Source: Alphaproteobacteria bacterium
GTDB lineage: Bacteria; Pseudomonadota; Alphaproteobacteria; JANQMY01
Length of the DNA stretch: 64,000 bases
Direction of reading: 5' to 3'
Assembly (NCBI GenBank): GCA_965228775.1
Contig: OZ245840.1
Location: forward strand, 4,739-68,738
How positions within the stretch are numbered: the stretch's first letter is position 1; every line of letters starts with the position of its first letter. A model generated the notes under the pieces. That model searched no databases, was not told where the DNA came from, and saw only the letters and a program-made list of their open reading frames with translations. Positions 1 to 11,890 of this stretch are shown here, piece by piece. Made by a program: the position numbers and the translations under genes.

Positions 1-3000
1 CACGAATAATCTCACGCTCTCCGGCACGGATGCCGCCAAGTTCGAGATCGTCGATAATGGCGGCAGCTTCGAACTGCACCTGAAGGCGGGGGTGACCCTC
101 GACCATGAGGCGGACGGTCAGTTCGACGTGACCGTCAATGTGGATGATGCCACGGTGGGCGGGACGCCGGATGCGTCGCAGGCGTTCAGCCTGACGGTCA
201 CCGATGTGAACGAAGCGCCGACGGCGGTGACCCTGGACAATCAGGTCACGTCCATTGCGGAGAACAGTGATACGTCGAGCTCGACCAAGGTCGCGGACAT
301 TGACGTCACCGACGACGGTCTGGGCACGAACAATTTGTCCCTGAGCGGCACGGACGCCGCCAAGTTCGAGATCGTCGACACTGGCGGCAGCTTCGAGCTG
401 CATCTGAAGGCGGGGGTTACCCTCGACCACGAAGCGGACGGCCAGTTCGACGTGACCGTCAATGTGGACGATGCCACCGTCGGCGGCACGCCGGATGCGT
501 CTCAAGCCTTCTCGCTCAGTGTGACGGATGTGAACGAAGCCCCGACGGCGGTGACCCTGGATAACCAGGTGACCAGCATCGCGGAGAATAGCGACACGTC
601 GGGCTCGACGAAGGTCGCGGACATCACCGTCACCGATGATGCCCTGGGCACCAACAACCTGACGCTCTCGGGCACCGATGCCGCCAAGTTCGAGATCGTC
701 GATAATGGCGGCAGCTTCGAGCTGCATCTGAAGGGGGGGGTCACCCTCGACCATGAGGTGGACGGTCAGTTCGACGTGACCGTCAATGTGGACGATGCGA
801 CGGTGGGCGGGACGCCGGACGCGAGCCAGGCCTTCTCGTTGACTGTAACGGACGTCAACGAAGCGCCGACGGCGGTCACCCTGGACAATCAGGTCACGTC
901 CATTGCGGAGAACTCGGATACGACGTCCTCCACAAAGGTGGCCGATATCTCGGTGACCGACGATGCGCTGGGCACCAACAATCTCACGCTGTCCGGCACG
1001 GATGCGGCGAAGTTCGAGATTGTCGACACTGGCGGCAGCTTCGAGCTGCATCTGAAGGCAGGGGTTACCCTCGACCATGAGGCGGACGGCCAGTTCGATG
1101 TGACCGTGAATGTGGACGATGCCACTGTGGGCGGGACGCCGGACGCAAGCCAGGCGTTCAGCCTGTCGGTCACCGATGTGAACGAGGCGCCCACAGCGGT
1201 CACCCTCGACAATCAGGTCACCTCCATCGCGGAAAACTCGGACACAACATCGTCAACGAAGGTGGCGGACATCTCGGTGACCGATGACGCACTGGGCACG
1301 AACAACCTCACGCTCTCCGGCACCGACGCGGCGAAGTTCGAGATCGTCGATAATGGCGGCAGCTTCGAACTGCATTTGAAGGCCGGTGTTACCCTTGATC
1401 ATGAGGCGGACGGTCAGTTCGACGTGACCGTGAATGTGGACGACGCCGGTGTCGGCGGCACGCCCGATGCGTCCCAAGCCTTCAGCCTAACGGTCACCGA
1501 TGTGAACGAAGCCCCGACGGCGGTGACCCTGGACAACCAGGTCACGTCGATCGCGGAGAACTCGGATACGTCGAGCTCCACCAAGGTTGCCGATATCTCG
1601 GTGACGGACGATGCGCTGGGCACCAACAATCTCACACTGTCCGGCACGGATGCGGCGAAGTTCGAGATCGTGGACACTGGCGGCAGCTTCGAACTGCATC
1701 TGAAGGCGGGGGTCACCCTCGATCATGAGGCGGATGGTCAGCTCGACGTGACCGTGCAGGTGGATGATGCCAGCGTCGGTGGGACACCGGATGCGTCCCA
1801 AGCATTCAGCCTGACGGTCACCGATGTGAACGAAGCGCCGACGGCGGTGACCCTGGACAACCAGGTCACGAGTATTGCCGAGAACAGCGATACGTCGAGC
1901 TCCACCAAGGTGGCCGACATTAACGTCACCGACGACGGGCTGGGAACGAACGACCTCACGCTCAGCGGTGCCGATGCGGACAAGTTCGAGATCGTTGATA
2001 CTGGCGGGAATTTCGAGCTGCATCTGAAGGCGGGCGTGACCCTCGACCATGAGGCGGACGGTCAATTCGATGTGACCGTGAATGTGGATGATGCGACCGT
2101 AGGCGGCACGCCGGACGCGTCTCAAGCCTTCAGCCTAACGGTCACCGATGTGAACGAGGCGCCGACGGCGGTCACACTGGATAATCAGGTGACCAGCATC
2201 GCTGAGAACGCGGACACCAGTTCGTCGACGAAGGTCGCGGACATCACCGTCACCGACGATGCCCTGGGCACGAACAATCTGACCTTGAGCGGCACGGATG
2301 CGGCGAAGTTCGAGATCGTTGATACTGGCGGCAGCTTCGAACTGCATTTGAAGGCCGGCGTCACCCTCGACCACGAGGCGGACGGCCAGTTCGACGTGAT
2401 CGTGCAGGTGGATGATGCCAGTGTGGGCGGGACGCCGGACGCGTCTCAAGCCTTCTCGTTGACTGTGACGGACGTCAATGAAGCACCGACGGCGGTGACG
2501 CTTGATAATCAAGTGACGTCGATTGCGGAGAACAGCGACACCAGTTCGTCAACGAAGGTGGCGGACATCTCGGTGACCGATGACGCACTGGGCACGAATA
2601 ATCTGACGCTCTCGGGCACCGACGCCGCCATGTTCGAGATTGTGGACACTGGCGGCAGCTTCGAGCTGCATCTGAAGGCGGGCGTGACCCTCGACCATGA
2701 GGCGGATGGTCAATTCGACGTGACCGTGAACGTCGATGACGCAACGGTGGGCGGCACGCCGGACGCCAGTCAGGCGTTCAGCCTAACGGTCACCGATGTG
2801 AACGAGGCGCCGACGGCGGTCACCCTCGACAACCAGGTGACCAGCATTGCCGAGAACAGCGACACCAGTTCGTCAACGAAGGTGGCGGACATCTCGGTGA
2901 CCGATGACGCACTGGGCACGAATAATCTGACGCTCTCGGGCACCGACGCCGCCAAGTTCGAGATTGTGGACACTGGCGGCAGCTTCGAGCTGCATCTGAA

Positions 3001-6000
3001 GGCGGGCGTGACCCTCGACCATGAGGCGGATGGTCAATTCGACGTGACCGTCAATGTGGATGATGCGACCGTCGGCGGGACGCCGGATGCGTCCCAAGCA
3101 TTCAGCCTGACGGTCACCGATGTGAACGAAGCGCCGACAGCGGTGACCCTGGACAATCAGGTCACGTCCATCGCGGAGAACAGCGACACGTCGAGCTCCA
3201 CCAAGGTTGCGGACATTAATGTCACCGATGATGCACTGGGCACCAACAACCTCACGCTCTCCGGCACGGATGCGGCGAAGTTCGAGATTGTGGACAATAG
3301 CGGCAGCTTCGAACTGCATCTGAAGGCGGGCGTCACCCTCGACCACGAAGCGGATGGCCAGTTCGACGTGACCGTGAATGTGGATGACGCGGCGGTCGGC
3401 GGGACACCGGATGCAAGCCAGGCGTTCAGCCTGACGGTCACCGATGTGAACGAGGCGCCGACGGCGGTCACCCTGGACAACCAGGTCACGTCGATTGCGG
3501 AGAACAGCGACACGTCGAGCTCCACAAAGGTGGCCGATATCTCGGTGACCGACGATGCGCTGGGCACGAACAACCTGACACTGTCCGGCACGGATGCGGC
3601 GAAGTTCGAGATCGTCGACACTGGCGGCAGTTTCGAGCTGCATCTGAAGGCGGGGGTGACCCTCGACCATGAGGCGGACGGCCAGTTCGACGTGACCGTG
3701 AATGTGGACGATGCCACGGTGGGCGGGACGCCCGATGCGAGCCGGGCCTTCTCGTTGACTGTGACGGATGTGAACGAGGCGCCGACCGCTGTCACGCTTG
3801 ATAACCAAGTAACTGGTATTGCCGAGAACGCGGACACCTCGTCGTCGACGAAGGTGGCGGACATCTCGGTGACCGACGATGCGCTGGGCACGAACAACCT
3901 GACGCTCTCGGGTGCCGATGCGGCCAAGTTCGAGATCGTGGACACTGGCGGGAACTTCGAGCTGCACCTCAAGGCGGGCGTCACCCTCGACCATGAGGCG
4001 GACGGCCAGTTCGACGTGACCGTCAATGTGGACGATGCCACGGTGGGCGGAACGCCGGATGCAAGCCAAGCGTTCAGCCTGTCGGTCACCGATGTGAACG
4101 AAGCGCCAACCGCGGTGACCTTGGACAATCAGGTCACCTCGATCGCTGAGAACAGCGACACGTCGAGCTCCACAAAGGTGGCCGATATCTCGGTGACGGA
4201 CGACGCGCTGGGCACCAACAACCTCACGCTCTCGGGCACGGATGCGGCGAAGTTCGAGATCGTCGACACTGGCGGCAGCTTCGAGCTGCACCTGAAGGCG
4301 GGGGTGACCCTCGACCATGAGGCGGACGGCCAGTTCGACGTGACCGTGAATGTGGACGATGCGACGGTTGGCGGCACGCCGGATGCGAGCCAGGTCTTCA
4401 GCCTGTCGGTCACCGATGTGAACGAAGCGCCGACGGCGGTCACCCTCGACAACCAGGTCACGAGCATTGAGGAGAACAGTGATACGTCGAGCTCGACCAA
4501 GGTGGCCGATATCTCGGTGACCGACGACGCGCTGGGCACGAACACTCTCACGCTCTCCGGCACGGATGCGGCCAAGTTCGAGATCGTCGATAATGGCGGG
4601 AACTTCGAACTGCATCTGAAGGCGGGCGTCACCCTCGACCATGAGGCGGACGGCCAGTTCGATGTCACCGTGAATGTGGATGACGCCACCGTCGGCGGCA
4701 CGCCGGATGCGAGCCAGGCCTTCAGCCTGTCGGTCACCGATGTGAACGAGGCGCCGACCGCGGTCACGCTCGATAATCAAGTAACCAGCATCGCCGAGAA
4801 CAGTGATACGTCGAGCTCCACCAAGGTGGCCGATATCTCGGTGACAGACGATGCCCTGGGCACCAACAATCTCATGCTCTCCGGTACCGACGCGGCGAAG
4901 TTCGAGATCGTGGACAATGGCGGCAACTTCGAACTGCATCTGAAGGCCGGTGTCACCCTCGACCATGAGGCGGACGGTCAGTTCGATGTGACCGTCAATG
5001 TGGATGATGCCACCGTGGGCGGGACGCCGGATGCAAGCCAGGCGTTCAGCCTATCGGTCACCGATGTGAACGAGGCCCCGACGGCGGTGACCCTGGACAA
5101 CCAGGTCACCTCCATCGCGGAGAACTCGGACACCACATCGTCCACCAAGGTCGCGGACATTAACGTCACCGACGATGCGCTGGGCACGAACAATCTGACC
5201 TTGAGCGGCACGGACGCCGCCAAGTTCGAGATCGTGGACACTGGCGGCAGCTTCGAGCTGCATCTGAAGGCGGGCGTCACCCTCGACCATGAGGCGGATG
5301 GTCAGTTCGACGTGACCGTCAATGTGGACGATGCCACGGTCGGCGGCACGCCGGACGCGAGCCAGGCGTTCTCGCTCAGCGTGACGGACGTCAATGAAGC
5401 ACCCACGGCGGTCACGCTTGATAATCAGGTCACGTCGATTGCGGAGAACAGCGATACGTCGAGCTCCACAAAGGTGGCCGACATTAACGTCACCGACGAT
5501 GCGCTGGGCACGAACAACCTGACGCTGTCCGGCACCGATGCGGCGAAGTTCGAGATCGTGGACAATGGCGGCAGCTTCGAGCTGCATCTGAAGGCGGGTG
5601 TCACCCTCGACCACGAGGCGGATGGTCAGTTCGATGTGACCGTCAATGTGGACGATGCCACGGTGGGCGGGACGCCGGACGCAAGCCAAGCGTTCAGCCT
5701 GTCGGTGACCGATGTGAACGAGGCGCCGACGGCGGTCACGCTCGATAACCAAGTCACGTCGATCGCGGAGAACAGCGATACGTCGAGCTCCACCAAGGTC
5801 GCCGACATCAATGTCACCGACGATGCCTTGGGCACGAACAATCTGACCTTGAGCGGCACGGATGCGGCCAAGTTCGAGATCGTCGACACTGGCGGCAGTT
5901 TCGAGCTGCATCTGAAGGCGGGCGTCACCCTCGACCACGAGGCGGACGGCCAGTTCGACGTGACCGTGAATGTGGATGATGCCACGGTTGGCGGGACGCC

Positions 6001-9000
6001 GGACGCGAGCCAGGCGTTCAGCCTATCGGTCACCGATGTGAACGAGGCCCCGACGGCGGTGACTCTGGACAATCAGGTCACCTCCATCGCGGAGAACTCG
6101 GACACCAGTTCGTCGACGAAGGTCGCCGATATCACAGTCACGGACGATGCCCTGGGCACGAACAACCTCACGCTCTCCGGCACGGACGCGGCCAAGTTCG
6201 AGATCGTGGACAATGGCGGCAGTTTCGAATTGCATTTGAAGGCGGGGGTGACCCTCGACCATGAAGCGGATGGCCAGTTCGATGTCACCGTCAATGTGGA
6301 TGATGCCACGGTTGGCGGGACGCCGGACGCGAGCCAGGCGTTCAGCCTATCGGTCACCGATGTGAACGAGGCCCCGACGGCGGTGACTCTGGACAATCAG
6401 GTCACCTCCATCGCGGAGAACTCGGACACCAGTTCGTCGACGAAGGTCGCCGATATCACAGTCACGGACGATGCCCTGGGCACGAACAACCTCACGCTCT
6501 CCGGCACGGACGCGGCCAAGTTCGAGATCGTGGACAATGGCGGCAGTTTCGAATTGCATTTGAAGGCGGGGGTGACCCTCGACCATGAGGCGGATGGCCA
6601 GTTCGATGTCACCGTCAATGTGGACGATGCCACGGTGGGCGGCACACCGGATGCGTCGCAAGCCTTCTCGTTGACGGTGACCGATGTGAACGAGGCGCCG
6701 ACAGCGGTCACGCTTGATAATCAAGTGACCAGCATCGCCGAGAACTCGGATACGAGTTCCTCCACCAAAGTTGCGGACGTCACAGTCACGGACGACGCGC
6801 TGGGGACCAATGATCTCACGCTCTCGGGCACCGATGCGGACAAGTTCGAGATTGTGGATAATGGCGGGAACTTCGAACTGCACTTGAAGGCGGGCGTCAC
6901 CCTCGACCATGAGGCGGACGGTCAGTTCGATGTGACCGTGAATGTGGACGACGCCACTGTAGGCGGGACGCCCGATGCGTCGCAGGCCTTCAGCCTGTCG
7001 GTCACTGATGTGAACGAGGCCCCGACGGCGGTGACCCTGGACAACCAGGTCACGTCGATTGCAGAGAACAGCGACACGTCGAGTTCGACCAAGGTCGCTG
7101 ATATCTCTGTGACCGACGATGCCTTGGGGACGAACAGTCTCACGCTGTCCGGTACGGACGCGGCGAAGTTCGAGATTGTGGACACTGGCGGCAGCTTCGA
7201 GCTCCATTTGAAGGCGGGGGTGACCCTCGACCACGAGGCGGATGGTCAGTTCGATGTGACCGTCAATGTGGACGATGCCACGGTGGGCGGGACGCCGGAC
7301 GCAAGCCAAGCGTTCAGCCTGTCGGTGACCGATGTGAACGAGGCGCCGACGGCGGTCACGCTCGATAACCAAGTCACGTCGATCGCGGAGAACAGCGATA
7401 CGTCGAGCTCCACCAAGGTCGCCGACATCAATGTCACCGACGATGCCTTGGGCACGAACAATCTGACCTTGAGCGGCACGGATGCGGCCAAGTTCGAGAT
7501 CGTCGACACTGGCGGCAGTTTCGAGCTGCATCTGAAGGCGGGCGTCACCCTCGACCACGAGGCGGACGGCCAGTTCGACGTGACCGTCAATGTGGACGAC
7601 GCCACGGTGGGCGGGACGCCCGATGCGTCTCAAGCCTTCTCGTTGACTGTGACGGACGTCAATGAAGCACCGACCGCGGTGACCCTGGACAATCAGGTCA
7701 CGTCCATCGCGGAGAACAGCGATACGTCGAGCTCGACCAAGGTCGCCGATATCTCGGTGACCGACGATGCGCTGGGCACGAACACTTTGACCTTGAGCGG
7801 TACGGACGCCGCGAAGTTCGAGATCGTGGACACTGGCGGCAGCTTCGAACTGCATCTGAAGGCCGGTGTCACCCTCGACCATGAGGCGGACGGCCGGTTC
7901 GATGTGACCGTCAATGTGGATGATGCGACCGTCGGGGGCACACCGGATGCAAGCCAGGCGTTCAGCCTGTCGGTCACCGATGTGAACGAGGCCCCGACCG
8001 CGGTGACCCTGGACAATCAGGTGACCAGCATTGCCGAGAACTCTGACACCAGTTCGTCCACCAAGGTGGCGGACATTAACGTCACCGATGATGCGCTCGG
8101 CACGAACAATCTGACCTTGAGCGGTACGGACGCCGCGAAGTTCGAGATCGTGGACACTGGCGGCAGCTTCGAGCTGCATTTGAAGGCCGGGGTGACGTTG
8201 GATCATGAGGCCGACGGCCAGTTCGATGTGACCGTTAATGTGGATGATGCGACCGTCGGCAGCACGCCGGATGCGTCGCAAGCCTTCTCGCTCAGCGTGA
8301 CGGACGTCAACGAGGCGCCGACGGCGGTGACCCTGGACAACCAGGTCACGTCGATCGCCGAGAACTCGGACACCACATCGTCCACCAAGGTGGCCGATAT
8401 CTCGGTGACCGACGATGCGCTGGGCACGAACACTCTCACGCTGTCGGGCACCGATGCGGCGAAGTTCGAGATTGTGGACACTGGCGGCAGCTTCGAGCTG
8501 CATCTGAAGGCGGGCGTCGCCCTCGACCATGAGACGGATGGCCAGTTCGATGTGACCGTCAATGTGGATGATGCCAGTGTGGGCGGTACGCCGGATGCGA
8601 GCCAAGCCTTCTCTTTGACTGTGACGGATGTGAACGAGGCCCCGACCGCGGTGACCTTGGACAACCAGGTCACCTCCATCGCCGAGAACAGCGACACCAG
8701 TTCGTCCACGAAGGTGGCGGACATTAATGTCACCGACGATGCGCTGGGCACGAACAATCTTACGCTCTCGGGCACGGATGCGGCGAAGTTCGAGATCGTG
8801 GACACTGGCGGGAACTTTGAGCTGCATCTGAAGGCCGGCGTCACCCTCGACCATGAGGCGGACGGCCAGTTCGATGTGACCGTCAATGTGGACGATGCCA
8901 CGGTGGGCGGCACGCCCGATGCAAGCCAGGCGTTCAGCCTGTCGGTCACCGATGTGAACGAAGCCCCGACCGCGGTGACCTTGGACAACCAGGTGACGTC

Positions 9001-11890
9001 CATCGCGGAGAACAGCGATACGTCGAGTTCGACCAAGGTCGCTGATATCTCTGTGACCGACGACGGGTTGGGCACGAACAGTCTCACGCTGTCCGGGACC
9101 GATGCGGCGAAGTTCGAGATTGTCGATACTGGCGGCAGCTTCGAGCTGCATCTGAAGGCGGGGGTGACCCTCGACCATGAAGCGGATGGCCAGTTCGATG
9201 TGACCGTCAATGTGGATGATGCCAGTGTGGGCGGTACGCCGGATGCGAGCCAAGCCTTCTCGTTGACGGTCACCGATGTGAATGAAGCCCCGACGGCGGT
9301 CACGCTCGATAACCAGGTCACCTCCATCGCCGAGAACTCGGACACCACATCGTCCACGAAGGTCGCCGACATCTCGGTGACCGACGATGCGCTGGGCACG
9401 AACAATCTGACGCTCTCGGGCACGGATGCGGCGAAGTTCGAGATCGTCGATACTGGCGGCAGCTTCGAGCTGCATCTGAAGGCGGGCGTCACCCTCGATC
9501 ATGAGGCGGACGGCCAGTTCGATGTGACCGTGAATGTGGACGATGCCACGGTGGGCGGGACGCCGGATGCGTCCCAGGCGTTCAGCCTGTCGGTGACCGA
9601 TGTCAACGAAGCACCGACGGCGGTGACCTTGGACAACCAGGTCACGAGCATTGCCGAGAACAGCGATACGTCGAGCTCCACAAAGGTGGCCGATATCTCG
9701 GTGACTGACGACGCGCTGGGCACGAACGCTCTCACGCTGTCCGGGACCGATGCCGCCGAGTTCGAGATTGTGGATAATGGCGGCAGCTTCGAGCTGCACC
9801 TGAAGGCCGGGGTCACCCTCGATCATGAGGCGGACGGCCAGTTCGATGTGACCGTCAATGTGGACGATGCAACGGTGGGCGGCACGCCGGATGCGTCTCA
9901 AGCGTTCAGCCTGTCGGTCACCGATGTGAACGAGGCACCGACGGCGGTGACCCTGGACAATCAAGTGACCAGCATCGCGGAGAACAGCGATACGTCGAGT
10001 TCGACCAAGGTGGCCGATATCTCGGTGACCGATGATGCGCTGGGCACGAACAATCTCACGCTGTCGGGCACGGACGCGGCGAAGTTCGAGATCGTCGACA
10101 CTGGCGGCAGCTTCGAGCTGCACCTGAAGGCGGGGGTGACCCTCGACCATGAGGCGGACGGCCAGTTCGATGTGACCGTCAATGTGGATGATGCCAGTGT
10201 GGGCGGCACGCCGGATGCAAGCCAAGCGTTCAGCCTGTCGGTCACCGATGTGAACGAGGCGCCGACCGCGGTCACGCTCGACAATCAGGTCACCTCGATC
10301 GCTGAGAACAGTGACACGTCGAGCTCGACCAAGGTGGCCGACATCTCGGTGATCGATGATGCCCTGGGCACGAATAATCTCACGCTCTCCGGGACCGATG
10401 CGGCGAAGTTCGAGATCGTCGACAATGGTGGCAGCTTTGAACTGCATCTGAAGGCGGGGGTCACCCTCGACCATGAGGCGGACGGTCAGTTCGACGTGAT
10501 CGTGCAGGTGGATGATGCCAGTGTGGGCGGGACGCCGGACGCGTCTCAAGCCTTCTCGTTGACTGTGACGGACGTCAATGAAGCACCGACGGCGGTGACG
10601 CTTGATAATCAAGTGACGTCGATTGCGGAGAACAGTGATACGTCGAGCTCGACGAAGGTTGCCGATATCTCGGTGACGGACGATGTGCTCGGCACGAACA
10701 ATCTGACCTTGAGCGGCACCGATGCGGCCAAGTTCGAGATCGTCGACACTGGCGGCAGCTTCGAGCTGCATCTGAAGGCGGGCGTGACCCTCGACCATGA
10801 GGCGGATGGCCAGTTCGACGTCACCGTCAATGTGGATGATGCAACGGTTGGCGGGACGCCGGATGCAAGCCAGGCGTTCAGCCTGTCGGTCACCGATGTG
10901 AACGAGGCGCCGACCGCCGTCACGCTTGATAATCAGGTCACGTCGATCGCGGAGAACAGCGACACCACATCGTCGACGAAGGTGGCCGATATCTCGGTGA
11001 CCGACGATGCGCTGGGCACGAACAATCTCACGCTCTCCGGCACGGATGCGGACAAGTTCGAGATCGTCGACACTGGCGGGAACTTCGAACTGCACCTCAA
11101 AGCTGGGGTGACTCTCGACCACGAGGCGGACGGCCAGTTCGATGTGACCGTCAATGTGGATGATGCGACCGTGGGCGGGACGCCGGACGCGAGCCAAGCG
11201 TTCAGCCTGTCGGTCACCGATGTGAACGAGGCGCCGACGGCGGTCACGCTTGATAATCAGGTCACCTCGATCGCTGAGAACTCGGACACAACATCGTCCA
11301 CGAAGGTGGCCGACATCTCGGTGACCGACGATGCGCTGGGCACGAACAATCTCACGCTCTCCGGCACGGATGCGGACAAGTTCGAGATCGTCGACACTGG
11401 CGGGAACTTCGAACTGCACCTCAAAGCTGGGGTGACTCTCGACCACGAGGCGGACGGGCAGTTCGATGTCACCGTGAATGTGGATGACGCCACCGTCGGC
11501 GGGACGCCGGATGCGAGCCAGTCGTTCTCGTTGACTGTGACGGATGTGAACGAGGCGCCCACGGCGGTCACGCTCGATAATCAGGTGACCAGCATCGCGG
11601 AGAACTCGGATACGACGTCCTCCACCAAGGTGGCCGATATCTCGGTGACCGACGATGCGCTGGGCACGAACAATCTGACCTTGAGCGGCACGGATGCGGC
11701 GAAGTTCGAGATTGTGGACACTGGCGGGAACTTCGAACTGCACCTCAAAGCTGGCGTTACCCTCGACCATGAGGCGGACGGCCAGTTCGACGTGACCGTC
11801 AATGTGGATGATGCGACCGTGGGCGGCACGCCGGATGCGAGCCAGTCGTTCTCGTTGACGGTCACCGATGTGAACGAAGCCCCGACAGAC
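1..11890 (+). repeat. In-register 324-bp coding tandem repeat array. There are 36 full copies from nt 92 to 11755 plus partial copies at both ends; it is not a CRISPR array
   Basis: Period checked directly: the motif at nt 241 recurs at 565 (+324), and 92 + 36 x 324 = 11756 still begins gttaccctcgaccat. No indels occur across the whole array. Protein identity between copies is about 90-95 percent, while nucleotide identity is clearly lower, with many synonymous codon-family switches. Confidence 0.95.

Noticed and set aside
1-11890. Tandem repeat array considered as a possible CRISPR or other non-coding repeat
   Set aside because: The period is 324 bp with no unique spacers, it is in-frame coding, and it translates to a conserved protein domain. 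It is not a CRISPR array.
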